Positions 11,578-21,680 of a DNA stretch of 35,760 nt are shown here, piece by piece (positions within the stretch are counted from its first letter, which is position 1; each line of letters starts with the position of its first letter). Below the pieces are notes generated by a model, which was given only the letters and a program-made list of their open reading frames with translations, was not told where the DNA came from and did not search any database. The DNA is taken from assembly GCA_003990765.1 (NCBI GenBank), contig RBNJ01000240.1, positions 1-35,760 of the forward strand. Direction: 5' to 3'. This DNA comes from Jimgerdemannia flammicorona. Lineage: Eukaryota. The translations under genes were made by a program, and so were the position numbers.

Positions 11578-11661
11578 ATTGTTTACTGGAGGCAGTTGGA
11601 CTGCTGGTAGTGGTGTTACTGGTACTACTTGAGGTACTGGTGCAGAGTGTGATGGAGTTCT

Positions 11662-12465
11662 TTAGGTCTGTGTAAGTTGCTGGAGTAGTAGTTGTGGATC
11701 TGGAGTAAGGGCTTGATAGATAACTGTTTGTTGCTGTATAGGTGTATTCTGTCCTGATGGAGGTGCATCTCCTTCGGTGGTGTATCCGGGATCAAATTCA
11801 GTGAGATACTCCTTCTCCTCTTCGGTTTGGTCCTCATGTAATTGGGTTTGCTCAGCGTCAAAGTAGACAGAATCAGTTATATATCTGATTTCAGATGGAC
11901 TTAATTCAAAGTCAAGTTCAGGTTCGGTATTGGTTTCAGATTCAGGTAGGGCTGTAGCAGGGCCTGCTTCAGGTTCAGGGTCAGGTAGTTGATGAAGGGT
12001 TTCTCTTGCTTCTTCTTTGAGGATATGGCAGGCCTTGCTGTTCTGGAATCGGTAGTATAATGCGGTCTTGGTCCTGGTATGGTAAAAGTCAGTAGAGTTG
12101 AGCCACTTGACTACAGAGGCTTGGGCTTTGTGGGGAACTAAGGCTAGAAAGACTGCTGCTGGTTGTCCTAGATCGCTCAGATTTGTGGAGCTGACAAAAC
12201 TCTTGTTGAGAAGAGTAAAGAAGGCTTCAATAAGACCTTCTTCATCTTGACTTACTGGGTGTAGTGCAAGGAGTTCGGTGAATAGGGTTTCGCCTATTTG
12301 CTGATTTAACTGGAGTATTTCTTTCTTTGAATGGAGTTTGTCCCACTTGTTGCAGGTGTGGAGGTCAAATTGTCCTTGTACATCAGGTTCAATTCTCTCC
12401 AGATTGTCAGATGGTTCAGATAAAGTCCAGTTCAGAGGTTGGGCTTTATACCAACTTGTAGGAAT
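11662..12465 (-). pseudogene. 267-codon stop-free leader frame, upstream of and in frame with element B gag
   Basis: Manual translation is open from 12465 to a TAA at 11664-11662, then continues in frame into MVNQQ (11577); no in-frame ATG, so it is absent from the ORF track. Confidence 0.7.
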
Positions 12466-12512
12466 TCACAGAGGGGTTTGTAGCGAGGTGAGGAAGCATC
12501 TTGAAGCAGAAT

Positions 12513-12535
12513 TGGATTGAAAACCGCTGCTATCA
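12513..12535 (-). promoter_or_regulatory. Primer-binding site of element B, initiator tRNA-Met-like
   Basis: TGATAGCAGCGGTTTTCAATCC, 3 nt after the 5' LTR; resembles the iMet PBS TGGTAGCAG...TTTCGATCC with G>A changes. Confidence 0.7.
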
Positions 12536-12538
12536 AGT

Positions 12539-14571
12539 TGTAAGAGGGTTACTTTTTAGGGTAACTGTTACGTAGTTCTGGAAAGGTTTTCTGGATATTC
12601 TGGATATTCTGGAAGACTGTTTTCTTATGCTCAAGATCAATTTTGTATGGAGTATATCCTCTATGGTTATTGATTTCAAGATTGGGTTGACGTCTCAACC
12701 AAAGTCCTTTTTTGGACTAGTTCTGGATGTTCAGGATTTTCCATATTTCAGGAAGTTCAAGAAACTAAGACCAGCTTAGTTGAATTGGCGTATCGCTGCA
12801 GACAATACCCAATTAGGAAATTTTGTGATGGGGTTAGGAGTGGGACCTAACAGAGAGTGGATTTACTTAAGAGTGGTTTGTGGGTTATGGAATAGGTTTA
12901 TTTGCTATTCATGGTATTGCTATACTAGGAGTATTTGTGTGAAGGGATATTGTGGGGAAGTGCTCAGGAGTTGTGTTCAGATTGTTCAAGTCTGAGATTC
13001 TGAGGTCTGGGGGAGAGGGTATTTATACTAGTGAGGAGCTATCTGGACTATGCTAAATATGGGTGTAGCACTAAGTGCTTTGCTGAGTCGGAATGCAGTC
13101 ATATAGTACAAGTGTGATCTGACATGTCAAGAGATTGTCTGACTGCTGAGTCAGTTCACAGTCACATCGTACAAGGCTAATCTAACTATACTATGACTGC
13201 TAGACTATTTATGGGTTTAGGTACTATCTGGGTAGTCTTCGATGACATCACCATCGATTGCATCATCTCTGATGAAGTAGTCATCTAGGAATAATGGTTT
13301 GCGGATTACTCCTCCTTGTTCGCTGAGGTAATAGTACATTGGAACTTCATCTCCATCTCATAGGATAGCATCGTCTGTCTCGTAGGCTGGATAAGGTGTT
13401 GGTGGGCAAAGGATGGGTGTATTGTCTTCGCTTTCATCGGATTCACTGTCTGCATACCTTCTATAGGTTACAGCACTATGAGTTGCAGGATTGTAGTAAG
13501 CTGGTGGCTGTGGTTCATGTCACTCATACTCAGGTGGTGGAGTGATTGGTTCAATCTCGAGGGTTGTCTGGAGGTATAGGTTATGTTCTCCGGTTTCTTC
13601 ATTATAGTTGAAGTAGTTGGGGGTGAACACGGGTTAGTATTCATGCCAGTGGTCATTGTCCCAATAAGTCTTGTATACAGTTATGAACTGTTGCAAGTTC
13701 ATCGGCAAGTTTGGTGGTGTGATCAGGGTTGGCAGAGATTCTTGGCTAGAGATCATGTCAGCGTTAGAGGGATCATTGTCTTCTACTTCATCTTCATCGA
13801 AGTGGATTATATCGTAGAAATCCTTCATAGCATATCCGACTTGGGGCATTTGTAGGATATGGTCATCAGGGTGTGAGAAGGTTCTATCTGTGGTCTGGAT
13901 GTACTCAAGGTACTTGTGGTTGAGTTCTTGTATTATGTCATTAATTTGGCTGTAGGACAGGGTAGCAACCATTTCGCTGGTAGTAACTCGAAGGTGGGGA
14001 ATAAAAGTGTTGTACTCATAGAAGAGTTCTCAATGTTTGTGGGCGATGAGCTTCTGGTGTTGAGACATCTAGGTAATGTCTGTATCATGGTGATGTTTGA
14101 CCATATCTTCCAGGAGGCGGCTGATCTGATAGTAGCTTGAGATTTGTCCAATTTGGTGGGCCTTACTAAGCATGTTCAGAGCATTCCATCGGGCTTCCAC
14201 GAAGTAGAGGGGTGCTAGGCTATGGATATTCATAAGGGGCAGAGGGGGTGTGGCTCGGTTGACAATGGCATTCCAAATGTCAGCGTGGATACAGTTGTAG
14301 ATCTCAGTGGTCATATTTGTATGTTTGGAAGTTGTGGTTGTTGTTTGTTTTGGTTCTCTGATTCGACGCATCTCGGTGCTCGGTATATATGCATCTAGTC
14401 CTGATTGGTAAGATTTTGTTTATGTAATTCTTGTATTCTGTGACTTCATATTGACTCAGCTTTGTGATCAAGCAGGTGATTTCCAGATTTGTTCAGAGGT
14501 CGCGTGTGATTTCAGTGGCTTGTTCCAAGGGTGATGTGTGATTTCGGTGGCTTGGAGGTTGTGTGCTTACA
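12539..14571 (-). repeat. 5' LTR of element B (2033 bp)
   Basis: Direct repeat of 3997-6029; followed on the minus strand by the PBS. Confidence 0.97.
13217..14449 (-). pseudogene. Second copy of the LTR-encoded ORF (5' LTR of B), with several stops
   Basis: Fragments 14069-14371 and 13634-13972 match the 3' LTR copy; stops near 14421, 14069, 13634 and 13359 fall on codons that are sense in the other copy. Confidence 0.85.
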
Positions 14572-15340
14572 CTTGGGCTTCAGTGATACTGGTAGGTACT
14601 GGGTATGCTGCTACTGCCTTGATCTTTGTAGGGTCTGTATGTATTCCTTTGCAGTTGATGATGTGTCTAAGGTATGCAATTTCTTCTTCTCCAAACTTGC
14701 ATTTCTTGGGCTTGATGTAGAGGCCATATTTGCGAAGCCTTCTGAGAATTTCCTTGATATGTTCCAAGTGCTCCCTGGCAGTTTGGCTGAAGATGATTAC
14801 ATCATCTACATATACCATCATCCATTTTTCCATAACATCTCTGAAGATGCTGTTCATCATTCGCTGGAAACTTGCTGGTACATTGCACATTCCAAAGGGC
14901 ATGCGAAGATAGACATAGGTTCTATCAGGAGTGATGAAGGCTGATCTTTTGCTGGCTTCAGGTGTAAGACTGATTTGGTAAAATCTAGAGAATAGGTCAA
15001 GAGTGATATAGAATTGTACTTCATTTCCTAGCATGATAAGGATGTCGCCAATGTTGGGCAATAGTTGTCTATCCTTCTTGGTGACTTCATTGAGCCTTCT
15101 GTAGTCTGTACAGAGCCTTGGTGCAAACTCTCCTGGTCAGCTTCCTTTCTTTGGTGCAAGGACAATGGGGGAGGACCAAGGGCTGCTGGCTTTCTTGATG
15201 ATACCGGATTCCTCCATTTTCTTGATTTCTGTCTTGAGCCATTCTCTGTATACTGGTGGAATTGGGCGGGCCTTCTGATAAATTGGCTTCGCATCTCCGG
15301 TGTTGACATTATGATAGTACAGGGGCTTCTTGGTCTTGAT
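14572..15340 (-). pseudogene. pol: Element A reverse transcriptase, N-terminal and core part
   Basis: LDLFSRFYQI, RMPFGMCN, VYVDDVII, KPKKCKF; cut by the element B insertion. Confidence 0.96.
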
Positions 15341-15502
15341 GTCCTTAAAGTCAGTGGCCAGAATATCTTTAAATGCGTGCAGTAGTTTCTGTGGTTCTTC
15401 TTGGAGAGGGAAGTTCTTCCCAATTATGTAGGTGTGTCTGTTTTGACTTTCCTTCTTCTTGTGCTCTAATTCAGTAATCTTGATTGCTGCAAGGACTCCT
15501 CT

Positions 15503-15919
15503 TCCTGTGGAGCTGAATCCCGCTCTTCCTCACTCGGTTTGTCTGATTTTTGTTACTTCCTTGATTCTCAGGTTAAGGATAAGTAGGATGAGCATCTGCA
15601 CCAGCTGATCTTTCTTCCTTACTTCGAATGAAATGATTGGGTTGTGATTTCTGGTGAGAAGGAGGATTTCTCCAGTATAATCTGAATCAATGACTCCTCC
15701 TTCTATAGATATTTCACTTTTTGCCAGGCTGCTCCTTGTCTTGAGGATTCCAACGTGGTTTGGTGGGATGGTTACTTCGATTCCTGTTCCCAAGATGGTG
15801 GTGGTCTGTGGTTCGAGTATTGTGTGTATTGTTGTAGACAGGTCCATTCCTGCTGCATTCTCCAATTTGTATTGTGACATAACTGCATCAGGGTGGATCC
15901 TTCGTATCTTAACTATGAT
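15503..15919 (-). pseudogene. dut: Trimeric dUTPase domain of element A, between protease and RT
   Basis: AAGMDL, RSSLAK, GGVIDSDYTGEI and *GRAGFSSTG (motif V Arg codon now TGA). Confidence 0.94.
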
Positions 15920-16199
15920 GTCTTCCTCATCATCACTGTCATCCAATAGCCCTGGAGGTCTATCTTCTGGTTCCTCCTGGTTCTTCTTTGGCTTGTTGGT
16001 GATCTTCTTCACCTCAATGATGCAGGAGTAGCAGTAATCCAGGTGTTGAGCGCAATACATTCTTTCACCATAAGGGCACACTCCTTGAGGTGCATATCTA
16101 TTTACGATTTTTACATACCATTCTTTCTCTGTCAATTGCTTGCCTTTTCCTTTCTTTATAATAACTATATAGGTTTCTTCCTTTTGTTCTTCCTCTATC

Positions 16200-16600
16200 T
16201 CTGGGCAGACTCCTTTGTGGACATTGATGGGAATTCTGATCTTCTTTCCCTGGTAGACGATTTGCATCTTCTGTATGCTGAGGTCAATCATTGCCTTGGC
16301 TTTGTGAAGCCACTGATTGCCAATGAGAATATCATAGTTGGTTGCATTGGTAACAATGACATCTACAGGGATAGTGGCTTCACTGAATTTGATTGGTACA
16401 TCTTGAATCTTTCCCAAAGGTGTTGCTTGTGTTCCATCAGCTGTGATGAATACCAATTTGGTGGCTTTCTCTATTTCCCAGCCTAGACGGTCTACTGCTT
16501 TCTTAGTGATGAGGTATCCTCTGGCTCCTGTATCAATGATGGCTTCAAAGACTCAATTCTCGATCTGGCAAGTAGCATATACTGATGTTTTCCAATTGTC
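16200..16600 (-). pseudogene. Element A retropepsin-like aspartic protease
   Basis: AIIDTGA at ~16523-16543; ITADG; DILIGNQWL. Confidence 0.92.
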
Positions 16601-17159
16601 TTTGCTCTCTTCATCTGAATCTTCTTGTGCATTGTTGGCTTCGATTATTCTGTAACCCTGGTCTTTGCTGATGTCTGAGATCTCTGTTCTCATTTGTTGT
16701 CTGAATGTTGAGATTTCAGCCAGCTGGCCAAAGGTTGCATTGACTCTTTGGTCCTTGAGGTCCTTGAAGATGTCATACTTAAAGGTCTTACTCTTGCACA
16801 GTTTCTGCTCCTTCTTCCCTTCACTTGATGGGATAGTATTTTGAATAATATCTTCTACTGCTCGCTCCAGCTTGGCATCTTGTTCTAGCTCTATATCTTG
16901 GTCAGCTTCGCTCTGCTGAATTCCTTTTTTGGTGACCATTTCTGGTTGTTTTGTCTGTATCTGGGCCTTCTTAGGAGGTCTGCCTGGAGGTCTTTTGTAG
17001 GGACTGGATTGGACATCCTTCTTGCTTGAGATGGCAGGGTAAGCTTCCCATTCCTCCCTTTCTTCCTCAGATTTCCCAATCTCCTCGAAGGTGATAGTGT
17101 TTGCTTGTTCATGCTTCCTGGTTGCATTGCTTAGATTGGCCTTTCGCTTGGTTTCTGTC

Positions 17160-17965
17160 ATGCATTCTGAGGCATAGTGGCCTTCTTCTCCATAGTTATA
17201 GTATGTTATTAATTGTCTTATATTTGTAGCAGCAAACTTCTATACTGGCTTCTTCTTGAACTCTTTGACTATATCGCTGAGGTGTGCAGTCATTTCTGCA
17301 AACTGTTTGGCCAGTTCCTCCATTGGGTCAACCCTTCTCTGGTCTTGTAGTTGTAGTTGTGTATTCCGGTTGACTATGGTAGCCAGGATTGTATTGGTGA
17401 CTCTTGGTACTTATTCGATTTTTACTCCAGTTATCCTTTCCATTGTATGGCCTTGAGGGTGTCTGGCAGTCCAGTATCTTTGGGCATAGATAACCTTCTG
17501 TCCCAGGTCCAGTAGTATTGGGGTAGATCGAATGGCTAAAGTAATTTCTTGGTGAATGCCTTTTATAAAGGTATTCTTGGCCACTTGGTCTTGAACTGCA
17601 TTGGGGTAGTCAGTAAGGACTATTTGATGTCAGATTCTTATATAGAATATATTTGGGTCTTCAGACATTCCTTGGCAGATAGTATTCAGTTGATCTTTGA
17701 GTACCTGTTTGATTTCATCTGTGTATATAGTAGGTTACCCAGAGCCAGGCCTTGAAGGCCAGGATTCTTGCTGGATCATTGGCTCCTTATATATTAGCTA
17801 CAGTAAATGCAGTTCTTGCTGGGCCTCTGAGGCTCACAGAGAGTAGGGCTACTTGTTGTGCTGCCGATAAATTCTTATAGCAGCATACTGCTCGAAATCA
17901 TCAATGAAGGTAATGATTGATTTGTCGGAGGTATATCCATGGAATATGGGTGGTCTCATATCCAT
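17160..17965 (-). pseudogene. gag: Element A gag with decayed zinc knuckle
   Basis: MDMRPPIFHG...FIDDFE...SLRGPA; knuckle reads YYNYGEEGHYASEC (decayed CxxCxxxGHxxxxC); frameshifts and stops. Confidence 0.85.
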
Positions 17966-18044
17966 TCTGTCTGATTGTATTGTGTGGGTTCTGGTTGCGG
18001 TTATTTGTTATTCAGCTTGAAAGTGAGGGATTCATCTTGAATTA

Positions 18045-18061
18045 CCAGCCAATGGACACCA
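18045..18061 (-). promoter_or_regulatory. Primer-binding site of element A (tRNA not identified)
   Basis: TGGTGTCCATTGGCTGG, 3 nt after the 5' LTR; the TGG start is complementary to tRNA CCA. Confidence 0.75.
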
Positions 18062-18064
18062 AGT

Positions 18065-18511
18065 TGTAACATAGCAGATACTAAGATGGGCAAGTATATC
18101 AGATTTCTTTATCTTGAATTCTTGTCTTCTTGACTCCCAGAGTCAGTAGTTCCTTGAGGCCAAATGTGTTTAAAGAGGTAATCCCGAAGGTCCTTTTATT
18201 GGTATACTTGTTCTTTTTCTAATACTTTCGATCTGAGGTTTATTTACTCCAAGATACTGGGTTATTTATACAAGTTTGCTAGCTATGCGAAGGTGGCTAA
18301 GTAATAAATGAGTCATTTGGACTTTGTCAAAATATTTAGACAATGTCTAAATGCTATACTAAACCGGGACATTCAATTTGGATAATGTCTAAGAATTTAG
18401 ACAATGTCGAGATTGAGGACTGTTAACTATAAGGCTATACTATTTTGGAACTGGGTGCGATCGAGTGTATATTCCCTATTTCCTTCTTCCAAATTTGGCT
18501 GTACCATCACA
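18065..18511 (-). repeat. 5' LTR of element A
   Basis: Direct repeat of 1283-1729; followed on the plus strand by TSD CTAT. Confidence 0.97.
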
Positions 18512-18736
18512 CTATTAATACTATCAGAGCCTCACTATAGATCAAATTATCATCTAGACTAAACTGGATATATTGGTATAAATAAAGACTTACTAAAAAG
18601 ATCTATCAAATTTTCTGATATTACTCTCTATATAATCTCTAATTGTAACTTTAATAAATATCAGATATTTAGAATCTCTTCTACCCTAAAGTAGATAAAC
18701 TAAAAGTTAAGGTAGCTACTAAGGTCTACTCCTAAA

Positions 18737-19048
18737 TAATACTTCTAATAAATTGAATTGATCAAATTAAGGTTCAATTCAATTGAATTGAATTAAAGGT
18801 TAATTTGATTTAAAATTTAATTTGAATACTACTTTTTGAAATATAATAACTTAACAAATATATGTCCAAATTTAACAGTCTTTAGCTTATTAGATTTCCC
18901 TATATAAGGTAAATCTAATAAGCTAAGAATTATTAAATTTAGATATATTTTTATCAAGTTATTATATTTTTAAAAATAGGATTCAAATTGGATCCTCAAT
19001 TTGATTTGAATTGAAAAATCTTTAATTTAATTTATTTGAGAATACTAT
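18737..19048. mobile_element. Foldback/MITE-like palindromic element (boundaries approximate)
   Basis: Imperfect inverted repeat centred at 18904, with arms 18819-18897 and 18911-18989; perfect core TTAGCTTATTAGATTT/AAATCTAATAAGCTAA; AATTG/AATTC pentamer repeats at both ends. Confidence 0.7.
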
Positions 19049-19244
19049 CTATAGATCTCTCTCAAGATTAAAGACTATATATAAACCTCATTAGAGTTTC
19101 TTACTAAATAATTACTCTGACCAATGGATTCAAGACCTCTCTGATCTATTTGAAGGACTATTTATACAAATGGACATCTAAAGGAATAAAAACTAAGTAC
19201 TTTATATAAATAGTACTAACCACATCAGATAGCAATCTCTAACC

Positions 19245-19255
19245 AGTAAGAGGAT

Positions 19256-19292
<37 letters not shown>

Positions 19293-19304
19293 TAAGAGGA
19301 TCTC
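19245..19304 (-). mobile_element. Poly(A)-only retroposon insertion with a 14-bp TSD
   Basis: AGTAAGAGGATCTC (19245-19258) + T31 + A + AGTAAGAGGATCTC (19291-19304). Confidence 0.85.
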
Positions 19305-20964
19305 ACTATCTTGGATTAGTAAGAATTATTTATAGATCTTATTGATTTCATTATTCTTAATATTGATATCTCTACTGATCTATATACTAATCAAGGAAAT
19401 ATTAATGATAAGAATAAGAATATATTCCTCTAGTCTTTAACTTCAAGATAGATGAAATAAAATCAATATAGATAGATATTGATTTCTAAGAAGAGTGAAA
19501 TATAATAAGAATTTTATTTATAATATATTGTAAATAGTGATTACATGACCTAACAAGCAATAATATCATAAATGAGTAATATATAAAGTAAATAAGATAA
19601 ATAAGATGAATGTTGAAAATAATATATTAAATCTCCTGAATACTAGAATTAGTATTAGTGCTATAGTAATTATATTACTTAACTAATATATTATTAAAAG
19701 TAATTGCTCTGATTATAAAATCAAAAGTAACTATCTAGAATATAAAGAATATTTATTTTTGAAATAAACAACTAAGTAGTTATATTTAATTAATTATTTA
19801 TAGATAACTAGAAAACTGTGAAATATTATTTAGTCAATATATATAAATATACTAATAATTATATTTCAAATAAACAAGCTCTTAGCTAAGTATAAATCTC
19901 TTAACATATATATATATACCTGAGTTTCTTAGTAATGAACCCTAAGTTACTCTAGTATTTCTGACTAAACTTTAAAAAGTCTAGCTAACTTCTTCCAGAA
20001 CTAAGAACTAGTATATAAATCTAAAAAGAAAACTTCTTTGAATCTGAATGATAAGAGATTTAGTCTATAAATAGCAAGAATAAGTCTCTTATAACTATAG
20101 TTACTAAAGAAGGGCCACATCTTTATTCTGCTATAAAGAAATAGTACTTCTTCAAATCTTAATAAATCTCACTAAGTAAAAGAATAATTGAAAGACTTTT
20201 TAATATACATATATAAAGTTTCTAAGTAATATCTTATTACTCAAGTTATCTAAAGATATAAAAGAAATTAAAATAAGTATTATTATAAGTCTTTTTAACT
20301 AGCCTTTTACATTCTCTTTCTCTTTTTCTCCTCTTAGATCTAATCTCAATTCTTGAAGAATTTCTTCTATCTACTCTTTAATTTAAATAATCTCTGATAA
20401 ATCCCTCTCAAGCACTATAATTTTCTAACTCTTTAGTCTAACTATTATTATATAAGTTCTCTTCTATAGCTTAGTTCTCTTTTAGAATATAAATTTAAAA
20501 TTCACTATCTTATTATATCTCTCTAAAGTCTCAATAATTATCTCTTTTATCTTCTATCTCTCTAAGATCGGCATTCTTTCTACTATTAGCCTCACTACTC
20601 TAAAATCCTATCTTCAATATCTTATTATTTTAATCTTAACTTTTCTGACAACTAGTTATTTTTCCAGAATAGTTACTATCTTCTTCTCTTTTATAAAGCT
20701 CACTTTTACTATATATTACTACTAAAGAAATAAACTTTAAAAACTCAGCCTTATTAACTTTTTTACTAATAATATACAGTATCTCTCTAGCAGATATCTC
20801 TAGATCTAGAAAGTTTATTAAGATAGCTTAGATAAATATCAACTTATAGAAGAAAGATCTTGCTACTAGCTTATTAAATCTTATAGTCAAAGAGACCTTT
20901 CTTTTACTATTTATCACTCTATCAGTTATATCTTCAATTATATTTTCACTAATTATGTATGTAG

Positions 20965-21680
20965 TCTAGTCATTTGCAATTGCCAGAAGTACTGTCTCTC
21001 TTTTATCATCCACTTTATATACCTCAGCTTCTAGAAAAGCTGTCATTATCTCATCTTGGAGTTTTCACAGCACCTCCTCACCTTGTAGGATTTCTCTCCA
21101 TGCCTCTCACTAAGTACCCAAAAGTCCTCCTCTCCCAACTCCTCAGCTGCCACATTCACCAGTATTTTCCACCACTATTTCTCCTCATTAACAGTCTCCT
21201 CTACTCTCTGGGCCACCTCTTTTCCTCTCTTCCACTATTCTCTCTCTCTATTTATTTTTGCCAACTTATTCCAATTCCCCTCCAGTATATCCTATAGTTC
21301 ATCATTCCCTCTAATCCTGCTGGCACCCCATATTACAGATACTCCTCCTTGACCATCTCTTTATCTTCTACTACTATACTCTATCCTGAGTCTCCACTCT
21401 TTCCCAGGGTCTCCTCTAGTGCTACTCTCTTCTCCCCTGCTCAGATACTCACCTTCAACTTAATATCTATAGTGATGGCCCCCCCCTCTGCCCTCTCTCC
21501 CAACTTTGCCAACAGATTCTTCTGAATATACCTCCTCTGTATCCTCTCTCAGACTGTCCAATTCAGCTGCACCTTCTTGTCATTCATAATCTCCACTACC
21601 ATCTTGGCCTCAAACTCGTTTTAGGCCAATCTCCTTCTCTCAACAGCCCCAGTTAAATCCTTCAATACCTTCAGCAAGTC
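20965..21680 (-). mobile_element. LINE ORF1 fragment, same family as the element at 30374-35728
   Basis: Translates DLLKVLKDLTGAVERR...QKNLLAKL, versus DLLEALEELGGAVER...QKKLLAKL in the plus-strand LINE ORF1. Confidence 0.8.

Larger units (their letters stand above)
3997..14571 (-). mobile_element. Ty3/Gypsy chromovirus 'element B', full length (10575 bp), nested in the RT of element A, defective
   Basis: Two 2033-bp LTRs (3997-6029, 12539-14571) with TGTAAG...CTTACA ends; 5-bp TSD CTCGG (3992-3996) / CTTGG (14572-14576); removing B restores A's frame ITEA-R-AFMGLASYYR. Confidence 0.97.
1283..18511 (-). mobile_element. Ty3/Gypsy LTR retrotransposon 'element A', full length (~6.65 kb without nested element B), defective
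   Basis: Two 447-bp direct repeats (1283-1729, 18065-18511) with TGT...ACA ends; 4-bp TSD CTAT (1279-1282, 18512-18515); PBS next to the right LTR and PPT next to the left LTR; minus-strand domain order gag, PR, dUTPase, RT, RH, IN. Confidence 0.97.

Noticed and set aside
15530..15532. TGA in dUTPase motif V of both elements as programmed readthrough or an alternative genetic code
   Set aside because: Better explained as CGA>TGA deamination; similar stops are scattered throughout and differ between LTR copies.
18750..18830. AATTG repeats as a CRISPR array or telomeric repeat
   Set aside because: No spacers, eukaryotic context, and part of a foldback element.
19400..20960. AT-rich block (also 1-1282) as host genes or an identifiable element
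   Set aside because: Too decayed; no motif could be translated with confidence.
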